A stretch of DNA of 64,000 nucleotides from Octopus sinensis (lineage: Eukaryota). The DNA is taken from NCBI RefSeq assembly GCF_006345805.1, contig NW_021833418.1, positions 1 through 64,000 of the forward strand. Direction: 5' to 3'. Under the pieces are notes generated by a model. It did no database searches. It had not been told where the DNA came from and worked only from the letters and a program-made list of their open reading frames with translations. Below, in pieces: positions 50,672-61,685 of this stretch; position 1 is the stretch's first letter; the number at the start of each line of letters is the position of its first letter. Made by a program: the position numbers and the translations under genes.

Positions 50672-53268
50672 ATGAGTTCAGTAATCGGGATTGACCTTGG
50701 AACGTTGACTTGTCACATTGGTGGAATCCGAGGAGGAGGAGTGGAGGTGATCCTGGACGAGTCGTCATCGAGGGCAATAAGGTGGTTGAGTGAGTGGAAT
50801 GGTCAGTTCAGCGGTGTCGTTCAGGGGGAAAAGACGTTATGGGGGGGTGGAAGCGGAGCCGCAGATAATAACGAATAGTGTCAACACAATAACACATGCC
50901 AAGAGTTTGGTGTGTGGGGAGAGTGAGGACCCGAAAGTGAGGGGAGTGTTGGATGGAGTGTCATTCGGAGTGTGTGGAGAGGGATCAGTAGTAATGAAGG
51001 TGGAGTACGACGGGGGGGAGGTGTGTTTGTGCCCCACGCAGGTGGTGGGGATGATTCTGGGGAAACTGAAGAGGACGGCGGAGATGTGGTTGGGGACGAG
51101 CGTGACTGATGTGGTGATATCTGTATGGTAGTCGTGCAGATGGATAGGTGCCCGTGTACTTCACGGAGGGGCAACGAAGGGCAGTGATGGACGCGGGGAC
51201 GATAGTTGGGCTGAGTGTGCTCAAAGTGAGCAGTGACGTGACCTCAGGTTGTGTGTGGGTGATATGTCAGTGGGTGTGAGTTACGGTTACTACAAGAGGG
51301 ACGTGCAACAGAACATTGCCATCCTCGACTTTGGCCACACCTCTCTCCAGGCGGGCATCTGTCAGTTCAAGGACAACTCAATGCAGGTGGTGGCCTCGGC
51401 ATATGACGACGGAATTGGAGGGGAGCAGTTGGATATGGTCCTCGTCGAGTACTTTCTGGGCGTGTTCAAGACCAAGTACAACATGCATGTGGATCGCCGG
51501 TCACGTCCCTTCCTCAAACTGGTGCAAGCATGCAGGACATGTAAGAAGACAATGTCAATCAACGGGAATGAACTCAATTTGTCCTTGGAAGTGGGGGACG
51601 TGGATGTGTCGGCCACCATTTGTCGGTCGTGTCCTCCTCTCTCACACTCAGGAGTCAGTTCAATCAAATGGCCGCCTGGGTGTATGCTCGCGTCCAACAA
51701 GTCCTCCTCTCCCTCATTGCCCGCTCTGGCCTCGACAAGAGTCAGATTAGTGCCGTCGAGGTGGTTGGGGGGTCCAGTCGTGTCCCCAAGTTTGTGGAGA
51801 CGGTCGAAGAAGTGTTCGGAATGAGTGTCAGTCGAACTATGAACGCAGATGAGGCGGCCTGTCGAGGGTGTGCCATTCAGGCTGCCATTCTCTCCCCCTC
51901 TCTCCGCTCTGCTCCCTACTCCATCCTCGACTACCTCCCCTACGAAATTGTCCTCCTTTCCACTCCCCCCACCACCGACGGGTATTCTTGTTTACACACT
52001 CTAGTACTACTCATTTGCTGTCCTTCCCCCTCGGCTGTCCTCTCCCCTCTGGACGACGCCTCACTCTCACTTATCACACTTCCTTCACACTCACGGCATC
52101 CTACGCTGATCACTCTCCTCTCTACTCCAAACACATTGGTCTCCCCACCACTCTATTCCAGCCCACTTTGACGTCACCCTCCAACAACCTGCCGAGGTCG
52201 AACTCAAACTTATTCTCGATAAAAGTGGCATTCTCAAACTCACCAATGCACTCCAAGTTGACAAGTACACCGACGAGGGAGACGACAAACCGAAGAAGAG
52301 GCTCACCAATTTGCCCGTCACCTCCCGAACTGCCAGTCTCCCCCAGGAAGTGTTGGATGCGTATGTGGAGATGGAGGTTGGTGTGCTGTGTCCAGTGTAG
52401 GCCAACATGCAAATGACCACCGACCTGCAAGTCCAGAGGGACATTGCCAAGAATAAATTGGAGGAACTCGTCCTCACCTTCCGTAGTGGGGTGGAGTGTG
52501 AGTTGAGTGCGTTCGTCCCCCCTGCCGTACTGTGTGTGTTGAGTGGTAGGACAGGAGTGCCATCACCACTCTCCTCGACTCCACTGAGGAGTGGTTGTAC
52601 GACCAAGGACAGGACGCTGAGAAAAGAGAGTACACTGCCAGGCTGACTGACATCGAGGTACACTACATTGCCATATCTCAGAAATACTCACTCCCCGTTC
52701 TCCATCGAGCATCACAATATGAGTCCCTTCCTCACGTCCTCGACGAGTTGGGATGTCAGTTGACACGTGTTGAGGAGGGTGTCCAGTTGATGGAGGCGGT
52801 ATACATTGTGCCTGTACAAGCAGGGGGAATATGATTATGTCAGTCAGGAGGAGATCACTCATGTCTGTGCTCTCGCCTGTCGAGTCCGGGAGTGGTATGA
52901 CCAGGCCTGTCGGGCATTCCACAACATTTGCTACTACACTGACCCACCCATCTCCCTCACACAAGTCAGAGAACAACTACAAGTACTACCCCTCTCTTAT
53001 CCAGGCCATCCACACTGAAATCATTCCCGTCCTCTCAAGGCCCAGACCACCTCCTCAGGAGACTATGGTTGTCGACCAACCAACCAATGGGGTAGCCAGC
53101 GACGAACCAACCAAAGTTCCGACTAATACGGAGACGGCCACCAACGAGGAGGCACAAACTGGCACGGACGTTCCTACTAACACGGAGAAGACCACTAACA
53201 CGGACGTTCCTACTAACACGGAAAAGACCACTAACACGGACGTTCCCAGTCAAATGGACATTGATTGA
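50672..53268 (+). CDS. HSPA4: HSP110/HSPA4-family chaperone, many micro-introns
   Basis: MSSVIGIDLG, LDFGHTSLQ, GIGGEQLD, VEVVGGSSRVP, RTMNADEAACRGCAIQAAILSP, AKNKLEE, EEWLYDQGQD, and the C-terminal MDID typical of HSP110. Confidence 0.9.
53163..53247 (+). repeat. 36-bp coding tandem repeat (TDVPTNTEKTTN, ~2.3 copies) in the HSP110 tail
   Basis: Direct reading of CACGGACGTTCCTACTAACACGGARAAGACCACTAA. Confidence 0.9.
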
Positions 53269-53289
53269 GACGTTCCTGACTAGTTTTGG

Positions 53290-55250
53290 GTTTTTTATTT
53301 CGTTTATTGTGTTTTGGTTGATTAAGACGTGTTGGATATGTTTTCTTAATCGATTTTGTTCATTTGGCGTCAGTGATAGAGGCCTACTCCTGCATTTGTT
53401 GTAGATTTCAGAATTCGAAATTCTGACAGAATAGTTCACACCAAATAAGCTGTTTTCTGTAAAACGTGTCGAGATCTGTTGATTCGGCATTCGTACAGGC
53501 CAAGTGCTGGCACAGTATAACAGTATCGACTTCACAAATACATTGTACATACGTATCCGTAGATTGACACCGATTTCTTTCAGCCATCCCTTTTTGAGTT
53601 TTCTAATTGCTACTCTAGCTAGTGTTTTCATATTAATGATGTCTTGTATGTCGCGCAGTAAAGATCCAAGCTTGTTGACATGTCGCCAGCGTTCATTAAG
53701 GATATTGTCCATTCTTTTGATTTCGATGATTTCCTTTTTGGCCTTATTGACAAAAAGGAACCATTCCCCCAATTTATCTGGTGCATTCTCATCAAATCCG
53801 TGAGGGCTTCTATATCTTTGGATATAAAGTCCACGTCATTTGCATAATCGATTTCGTGTATTTTTCCTTGATAGCATGTTCTTAGATCACGTAGTGGGGT
53901 TTCGGAATAAATCAGAAATAGCAAGGGAGAGAGGGAATCTTCCTGAGGGACGCCGATTGTGGTTTTGAAAGGTCTGGAGAGAGTTCTTCCAATCCTGGCT
54001 GAGAGTTATGTATTGGAGAGCAACAGTCGGATGATCCTTTGCAGAGATTCATTCACAAATAGTTTAAGAACCTCCATAAGCTTATGCCTGCTGATAGTAT
54101 CAAATGCTCCAGACATATTAATCCCAAAAATGGTCGTTGCATTTTTAAATGTTTGGCGGTTGCACAGGACCACCTAAAACTCTACAGAATGTCTGCTGTC
54201 GACTTTCCTTCACTAAATCCACTTTAGCATGCTGACAGATATTTTTTTTGCCGAGTATTTTAACCGGTTCGAAAGGCTTTGCGTAATGTGTTTAACAAAA
54301 TGACTCGACGTAAACTTTCTAGTGGTCCTTTTGGTTTGTTAGGCTTTTGTATAGATATCAATGTTCCATTTCTCAGGAATAGAACCGAGTTCGTCTTAAA
54401 ACTCCGTTAAACAATCTTGCAATGATTTCAAAAAGGCACATTGGTCCACATTTCCGATCCTTCGTTCCTACGTTTCTTCAGCTTACTGCACGCATATTGG
54501 ACTTTTCGAGTGTGATGACTGTTCCCAAAGTCCGTGGTTTTCCGATAAAAGGATCGAGATCATGACTGTTCGTATCGAGTAGATTTTTCCAAGTGGGAAG
54601 CGATCAATTCGACTTGTTCTTTGGTCAAAATAAGCTTCCCGTTCTCATCCGTGACATGTATTGTTGCTTTTTCTTTCCTTGCAGTAAACGGACTCCACCA
54701 AACATTTGTGCATTGTCCTTAAATGGCTCTAGCTTGAGAAAGAAGTCATTCTATGAGTGTTCATTGTTAAGTTTGTGGATTCTTTTCCTGATTTTATTCC
54801 GTTCAGATCGAAGTTTGTTTAAAATGACCATTTTATGGTCACTCAGTAGAAGGGGCATCATTCAATAAAAGTTTGTCCTTAGACCGGCTAATGTGGTATG
54901 TGGTGAACTGGGTGCATAAGGGCGGTGTTTCCAATGAAAAAATCATTCACTTAACAAAAATTATAGTATTTCTACCCTCCCCAGTAGTGTAGAATATTTC
55001 TACAGCCCCGTCGATGTATGACTCCTCTCTTCCACTGTGTGGAGCATACACGTTGATGATTGCCATTTAGCTTTTGGAAGGCACAAATCATACATCCTGA
55101 TATGCAGGACACACATCCGATCGTTGAATTTATAGAATTTATATATTCGAGGAACAAGGAGGTCATGACTGGAAAACCTTGTCGGGAATGTTTCGAATCA
55201 CCGGGAAAGAAAATAAGTTTATAGGCTCCGTAGTGTTCACAGCCTCCATC
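53290..55250 (-). mobile_element. Degenerate RTE-like non-LTR retrotransposon
   Basis: GAFDTISRHKL, IGVPQEDSLSPLLF, IDYANDV, KLGSLL, RMYNVFVKSILLYCASTW. Extent of the 5' part is approximate. Confidence 0.75.
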
Positions 55251-55763
55251 CGCAACCTTCGTTTATTGGAGGCATCCAATAGAGATATGTTATTTCTTTA
55301 AATAATCGCAAAGTGTTTTCCTCGTCCATCCCATTGAATCCTTTTTTAGACTCCATTGTAAAGAGACACGTCACCTCGAAGACTAATCTAAATTAAACTT
55401 TCTTCTTTCGATACTGAAGCATTTATCTTCTCCGAAACCGAAACTATTTTTTAATGGGTTTACCTATTTAGGTTTAACCCGAAACATGAATTGTACATTC
55501 TGAACTCGTTCCAAAACTTATCACAATTCGGAATAATTGAAAATATACTTTCGGCCCTGTTCACGGAAACTTGGCTAATTGCACCAAACTATCCGTTTTC
55601 TAAACCTCCCAGCAAGTTTATTTGAGCTTTTTAGAGTATTCACGGCAATTAATCTAAAGTTTCCAGATGTCCGTTGTCTCACTCCAAGATAAATGTTTGC
55701 AAAAAGACAAATAATGTTTTTTTTATATATATTGGAGAAAAGTGTAAATATAGAATAAATAGT

Positions 55764-57416
55764 ATGTCCTGTGAATCGTTGGGAAGCTGTGGTGGATCAG
55801 TGAGTAGTGTGGAATATGAATCGACACTATTAAAATGGACGAATTACATATACGGGTGGCAGGAGAGATACTTTATTTTGGAGAAGGGGAGTCTGAGTTA
55901 CTACAAATCGTGGGAGGACGTGTGTTATGGGACTCGTGGGTGTGTGTGTGTGAAGGAGGTGCAAGTGATAGTATGGTTGGTGTGTAATGCCAGTTGGACG
56001 ACTACGACGAGAGGAGGTTGGACATATGGACGAAGGACACCGTGTGGTACATTCGAGCCCCGTCGGTGGAGGAGAGGAATCGGTGGGTTGGCCTGCTGAA
56101 CAGTTCGGTGGAGTCGGCCTATGGAAGTGAGGGGTCTCTCCACTCGGATGTGTTGTCCCGCGAAGGGAGGTGTCCCCTCTGCCCACACTGGAGGGACAAG
56201 TACTACAGGGAACGAGATAAGAACAGGCAACTGAGGAAACAACTGGCTGATCTATTCCACGACGCAGTGGACTACTCAGAGGACTGTCCTTACAGGGGGG
56301 ACATTACTGCCCAAGTGGACTACTCAGAGGACTGTCCTTACAGGGGGGACATTACTGCCCAAGTGGACTACTCAGAGGACTGTCCTTACAGGGGGGACAT
56401 TACTGCCCAAGTGGACTACTCAGAGGACTGTCCTTACAGGGGGGACATTACTCCCCAAGTGGACTACTCAGAGGACTGTCCTTACAGGGGGGACATTACT
56501 CCCAAGTGGACTACTCAGAGGACTGTCCTTACAGGGGGACATTACTCCCAAGTGGACTACTCAGAGGACTGTCCTTACAGGGGGGACATTACTGCCCAAG
56601 TGGACTACTCAGAGGACTGTCCTTACAGGGGGGACATTACTGCCCAAGTGGACTACTCAGAGGACTGTCCTTACAGGGGGGACATTACTGCCCAAGTGGA
56701 CTACTCAGAGGACTGTCCTTACAGGGGGGACATTACTGCCCAAGTGGAGTCGTGGGAGGGGAGGTGGGCACAGGCAGGCCGAGTGCGTGTGGAGTTGTCA
56801 TCCCCGCGAGAGGACATGCAGTTGTTCAGAGTGGAGAGGGACTCGTTCATGCTCACAATGACTGTCCAAGTACTCTCTCTCCCTCCTTCCTAGCACTTTA
56901 CTGCCCGGGAAATTGCCATGTCCTTCTTCGACATAAAAGAACGGTGTGAGTGGCAGGACTCGGTGGAGCGGACTGAGACATTGGAGAGGTTCGGGGAGGA
57001 CACGGAGGTGTTTTACGAACTGCTGCATCGAGTATTCCCCCTCTCCCAGCGGGAAATGGTGTGTTGGTCTCACATCACTCATCTCCCCTCCCACGACTCC
57101 TGGACTGTCATCAACCGTTCCTGTCACCACCCGGCCTCCCCCGTTCTTCTCTTTGTCCATTCCTAGACCATTGCCACACGCATTACTGTACACATTGACT
57201 TGTTGGCCAAGACCATCAAGACGGGGGCGAGGGAGGACATTGTCACTGAACTGTCCTTCATCACCAGTGGTACTTTCTCCTTTTATTCCAGTCGATTTGC
57301 GTGGGTGGATTCCTCCTAATGTCGTCCACGCTGTTGCACAAAGAATGTGGCCCAGGGGAATTGCTCGATTTGTTGCTCATTTGAGTACTCACTACAATGA
57401 TCCTATTCTATATTAA
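55764..57416 (+). CDS. CERT1: Ceramide transfer protein-like (PH + FFAT-like + START)
   Basis: LLKWTNYIYGWQERYFIL..LSYYKS, RRLDI..VWYIRA, ESAYGSE, FHDAVD; START motifs RVFPLSQRE, GWIPPNVVHAVAQR; ends PILY. Confidence 0.9.
56267..56743 (+). repeat. Coding minisatellite, 10 x 48 bp (VDYSEDCPYRGDITAQ)
   Basis: Units start at 56267, 56315, 56363, 56411, 56459 (47 nt), 56506 (46 nt), 56552, 56600, 56648 and 56696. Confidence 0.97.
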
Positions 57417-57821
57417 TAAATATAAGCTCTAAAGATAACCATATTGCCTGATGTTTACTTTAATACTAATGTACATTTGCGTCAATGAATAGTTCTGGAG
57501 GACTCGTAAAGAAGTGTCCGTAATTGGTTAAAGTGAATATATAAAGAACTTTCTAGACTTGTATACGACTAATTCTATTTCCAGGCTTAAACAACTCGTA
57601 AGACATACTTCTATTTGATAGTCTTGTACTCTTTAATTAATCTATAATATCGTATTTGGAAATTCAATCCGGATTAACATTATTCTACTATGTCTAAGGA
57701 ACATTCGAATGTAAAATGGTCTTTCCGTTTCTGGTAAAGCTGTTTGAGTACATCAGTGAAATAGTCACCACACTATCATCAATATCTAGGAACGGCTGTG
57801 TCTGGAAAGGTTCGTGTAGAC

Positions 57822-59460
57822 CAGTGTTTCCCAAACTTTTTAGCAATATCGCCCACCATGAAAATGTACATGGAAACAAAAAGAAAAAATAAATTTATTT
57901 ATAAGAACAATCAATGAGAACAATGACGTTGTATGAAACAAGTTCTTCTGCATTTGGCTTTATGTTCGTAAGACGAAGCCGTAGATTTCATCTCTCAGCA
58001 ACGTCTATCGGTTTCGACTTTTGGTCACGAGTTAAGCTAAAGCTTTTCTCAACCAAGTAAGAAGTAAGAAAAGCGATAAAAATAATTTAGCTTTCTCCCA
58101 TAACACACAATATTTTTTAGGAATATCCACCTGTAGCCAAAAATCTTGATAGGACTTTCGTTTGAATGTTGGTTTCAATTCCCAATCATTTTTGAATACA
58201 ATTAGTTCCAGTCGACAACAAGATTTGACGTCGTCGATACCTTGAAAAGGATCTATGATCCAGTCCGGAACTTCTAGTTCGCACAAATCTTTGAAACGCT
58301 GCTTTATATCATTTTCAATAGTGATTAAATGTTCAGCATAATTTTCGAGATCGTCTTCAGAAAGTAGGTTATTAAGATTGTCGAGACGTGGAAATTTGCT
58401 TAACTTCTTTCTACCAATATTTCTACAAAACAAGGATAGCATTGAAATAAAAGCAGCAATGAGTTCAACCACAGTGTCGAAGAGAGAGAATATACGTCCC
58501 AAACAGTCACCCTTTGATAGCCACCTTACTTCTGTATGCATTAAAAGTCGTACAAAATCTTCATCATTATCAACACAAAGCTGGTAAAAAAGACGTGAAT
58601 CCAGCGAGTTTGATTTAATTTTGTTAATAGAAGAAATAACTGTATTAAGAGAAGAATATAATCGAACAGTTGTGTTTTTAGCAACTAAATGCTGCCGATG
58701 GATATTTTTTTAGGAATATCCACCTGTAGCCAAAAATCTTGATAGGACTTTTGTTTGAATCTCACAAATCTTTCGGTTTCTAGCATTCGTGCAAAAAGTA
58801 ATTTCTGCATAATCCGACAATCTTTGACAAAACGTACATATGCAAGTAATAAAGAGTCATTTCCAGAAAGTATTGACTCATCTGACTGTAGACTAAAGTG
58901 TATATTTTTCAATATTGAACACAAATTGTTTTCTACATCGAATGCCATGTCATCGATACGTCTCTGTACCGTGTTGTTACTCATTGGAATCGACTTAATG
59001 ATATTCTGATGAGGTTGGTTCATAACCGTTGTCAGTATTTCGCGAATTGATGGAACTATAAGTTGTCCGCCAATTGTGTGGGGTTTACCAGATTTAGCGA
59101 CAAGTACAGCAGTATTATATGATGTAATAAGACCATCATCATTCCTTTTATGATCAGCAGTAAATATATTTGCCCATTTCTGTTGATTTTTGTGTTTTGT
59201 GAGTAGTCCTTTAAAAAACGCAAGCGGCTGGTTGGATTTATTTGGATGAACCTATATTTCCATAAAATATAAATATGAACCTTTCTTAAATGCTGACTTA
59301 ATCTAGTAGGCTTCATAGCCTCGTAAGAAAACGACTTTTCGCATATCAAACAAAAAGGTCGTTTTTCATCATTAGGAGTTGTAGTGAAACCGTATTTTAT
59401 ATACATAATATTATACTGACGAGTTTTTCTACAAACAGACGAATTTGTATCCATTAAAAC
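57822..59460 (-). mobile_element. hAT (Buster/ZBED5-like) remnant with one TIR
   Basis: CAGTGTTTCCCAAACTTTT at 57822. YIKYGF..PFCLIC..MKPTRL, MSNNTVQRRI, FSLQSDES, HTEVRWLSKG, WIIDPF. Confidence 0.85.
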
Positions 59461-59969
59461 ACCAAAATTGATTTACTCTGTTTTAATTTATTTTTTGTTT
59501 ATTCGGCCTGAATATGTATTTGTTTGAGTACATCAGTGAAATAGTTACCACAAGAGACTATCATCGATGGACTGTTTCTAGGAACGGCTCTGTCAGGAAA
59601 GGTTCGTGTAGACAATAATTAGAGATTTTCATTAACAAAAATCAGTGTACTTGCACATGTCAAGTCTAACCTGGCCAAAATAATTTTATTTAAAAAATAG
59701 TTTGTTAGCGTCCAGAGAATTAACACGCCGGAGAATGGACACTGCTTAGAACACAAAATCGGCAAATGAAATATCGCTTTTAGGGTTTACGGTTGAACAT
59801 ATTTCTCATAAAGTCGACGGAGGACAGCTGAGTGAATGAAGGAACATACCACATTAAATATCGCATAACTGCGGGAGGACGTGAGCTCGAGAGCAGTCGA
59901 GCACACTCGCCGTTGTTTGTCGCCTGCCAGTGGAGAGGACTGCCACGTCTATCGTCTAAAACAGAAGTC

Positions 59970-61230
59970 GGCAGAATCTCCGACTTCACGGGCCGGATTA
60001 TAAAAAATTATTGTTCTGCGGGCCTGATAATTTTTTTACTTATTTAGGGCTAATATTAATTGAATAAAACTTTATTTAACAAAACAACGAGTAAATTTTA
60101 ATTGAATTTGCTGTTTAATATTTCATATAATGTCGTTTATTGTTAGAGAGATCATCGATATTAGGTGCATAGGTCGTGGAAGCTAAAATTAAAACATCAT
60201 TAAGATGATTATCCGTAATTTTTGTTCTATGATTATTTTCCGTGTTTTTCATTTTTGAAAATAACTGTTCGCAAACAAAATTACTTCCAAATAAAGATAT
60301 CATGTTTTGGAATGGTTTACTAACAACGGATATTTTTTACACGGTTGAACATATTTCTCATAAAATTCCACAATGTTACAATGATTTGAATAAAAAATCG
60401 TCTTAAGAATATGATTATACTGCAAATCTATAAGTTCCAATTGATAGATTTCATTTGCTGAATTGAATTGGTTTCTACAAAGGTATAGAAACATCTTAAA
60501 TTCGTCCGAATAAGCCTTAAAGTACAAAAATCGAGATGAAAAGTGGGATTTCAATTCGATAAGGACATCTAAAAAATGGATATATCATTTGATTTTGTTT
60601 TTTTTAATTTTGGAAATTAATGAAGTTTCGTTTTTCAATTGACAAATCCACAAATTAATCTTATTTTCAAATGCAATAATGTGAGAATATAATTCAGGTA
60701 TCAGCAGACTTTTTCCTTGTAAATTCAAATTCAGATCATCAAGATAAAAAGTAATGTCAACCAGAAATACAAATTTTGCAAGCCATTCAGGATCACGAAG
60801 ATATAAAGCATCAACATTTTTACTTTCAAGTAATAATCGTACTTCATTATGCAATAAAAACAATCGTTTCAACATTGATCCCCTGCTTAGCCATCTGACA
60901 TTTGAAAAATATGTTAGATCTCCGTATTAAAAGTCTATACCCAGCAAAAACTCCTGAAACTAATGATGATACATGGCTCGTGATAATATTACGTTAACAG
61001 TTTTTACAACAATATTCATAACGTCTTGTAGTAACGCTATTTTCGTAGATAAGGCCTCGTGGTGGATAATACAGTGAATCTTTTATTTTCTCCTCAATTA
61101 ATATCACCAACCCCTTTTTATTTCTTATCATCGCGGGAGCTCCATCTGTTGTAATTCCCACAAGTTTAGATATTTTCATTTCTGTCAGCATTTGTACAAC
61201 AGCATGTCTTTTAGACTCTAAAAGTAGTCG
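59970..61230 (-). mobile_element. hAT (SPIN/GTF2IRD2-like) remnant
   Basis: ITTDGAPAM, WLAKFVFLVDIT..LNLNLQGK, SLFGSNFVCEQLFSKMK. GGGCC subterminal motifs near 59990-60030. Confidence 0.8.
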
Positions 61231-61685
61231 GCCACTCCACAACGTTTAACACCGTCGGGACTAGTCCTCCCAGATGTTTTTGGAGTTCCTGTGTCTGCGC
61301 ACACACTCCTTGTTCAGCAAGTCGTAGATGTTGTAAGATTAGACACACACACCAGACTTGTGGCAGTTGAAGATGTACTTGACAGCACACCACTCTGTTC
61401 AATCATTGTGTGTGTCTTCTATGATAGCATCACCACACTGTCCCCTCCCGAAAACAGCTTCTTCATTAGAGTCAACACCTTTCAAACAGTTCTTCCTGAC
61501 TGCACCCTCAGTCAAAGTGGTACAACGTCCTGAATTCCCTCTCCTCCATGCCGCCCTATCGACAGACCTCTGAGTCGACAGTAGTTTGTTTGGTGAGAAT
61601 AGTAAAGAGGATAACCTCAATGATGACGTGAGTGACTAATCAGGCAACAAATAGTGATATTAAGGAGTAGACATAGCGTGAGAGA

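Noticed and set aside
56267-56743. Regular 48-bp array as a CRISPR array
   Set aside because: The units are contiguous and near-identical with no unique spacers, they lie in frame inside a eukaryotic gene, and no cas genes are present.
56267-56743. Each repeat unit as a 29-nt GT..AG intron plus a 19-nt micro-exon
   Set aside because: Removing the 29-nt segment from a single-unit gene would shift the frame away from the START domain, whereas the unspliced reading is in frame. Kept only as an alternative to test by cDNA.
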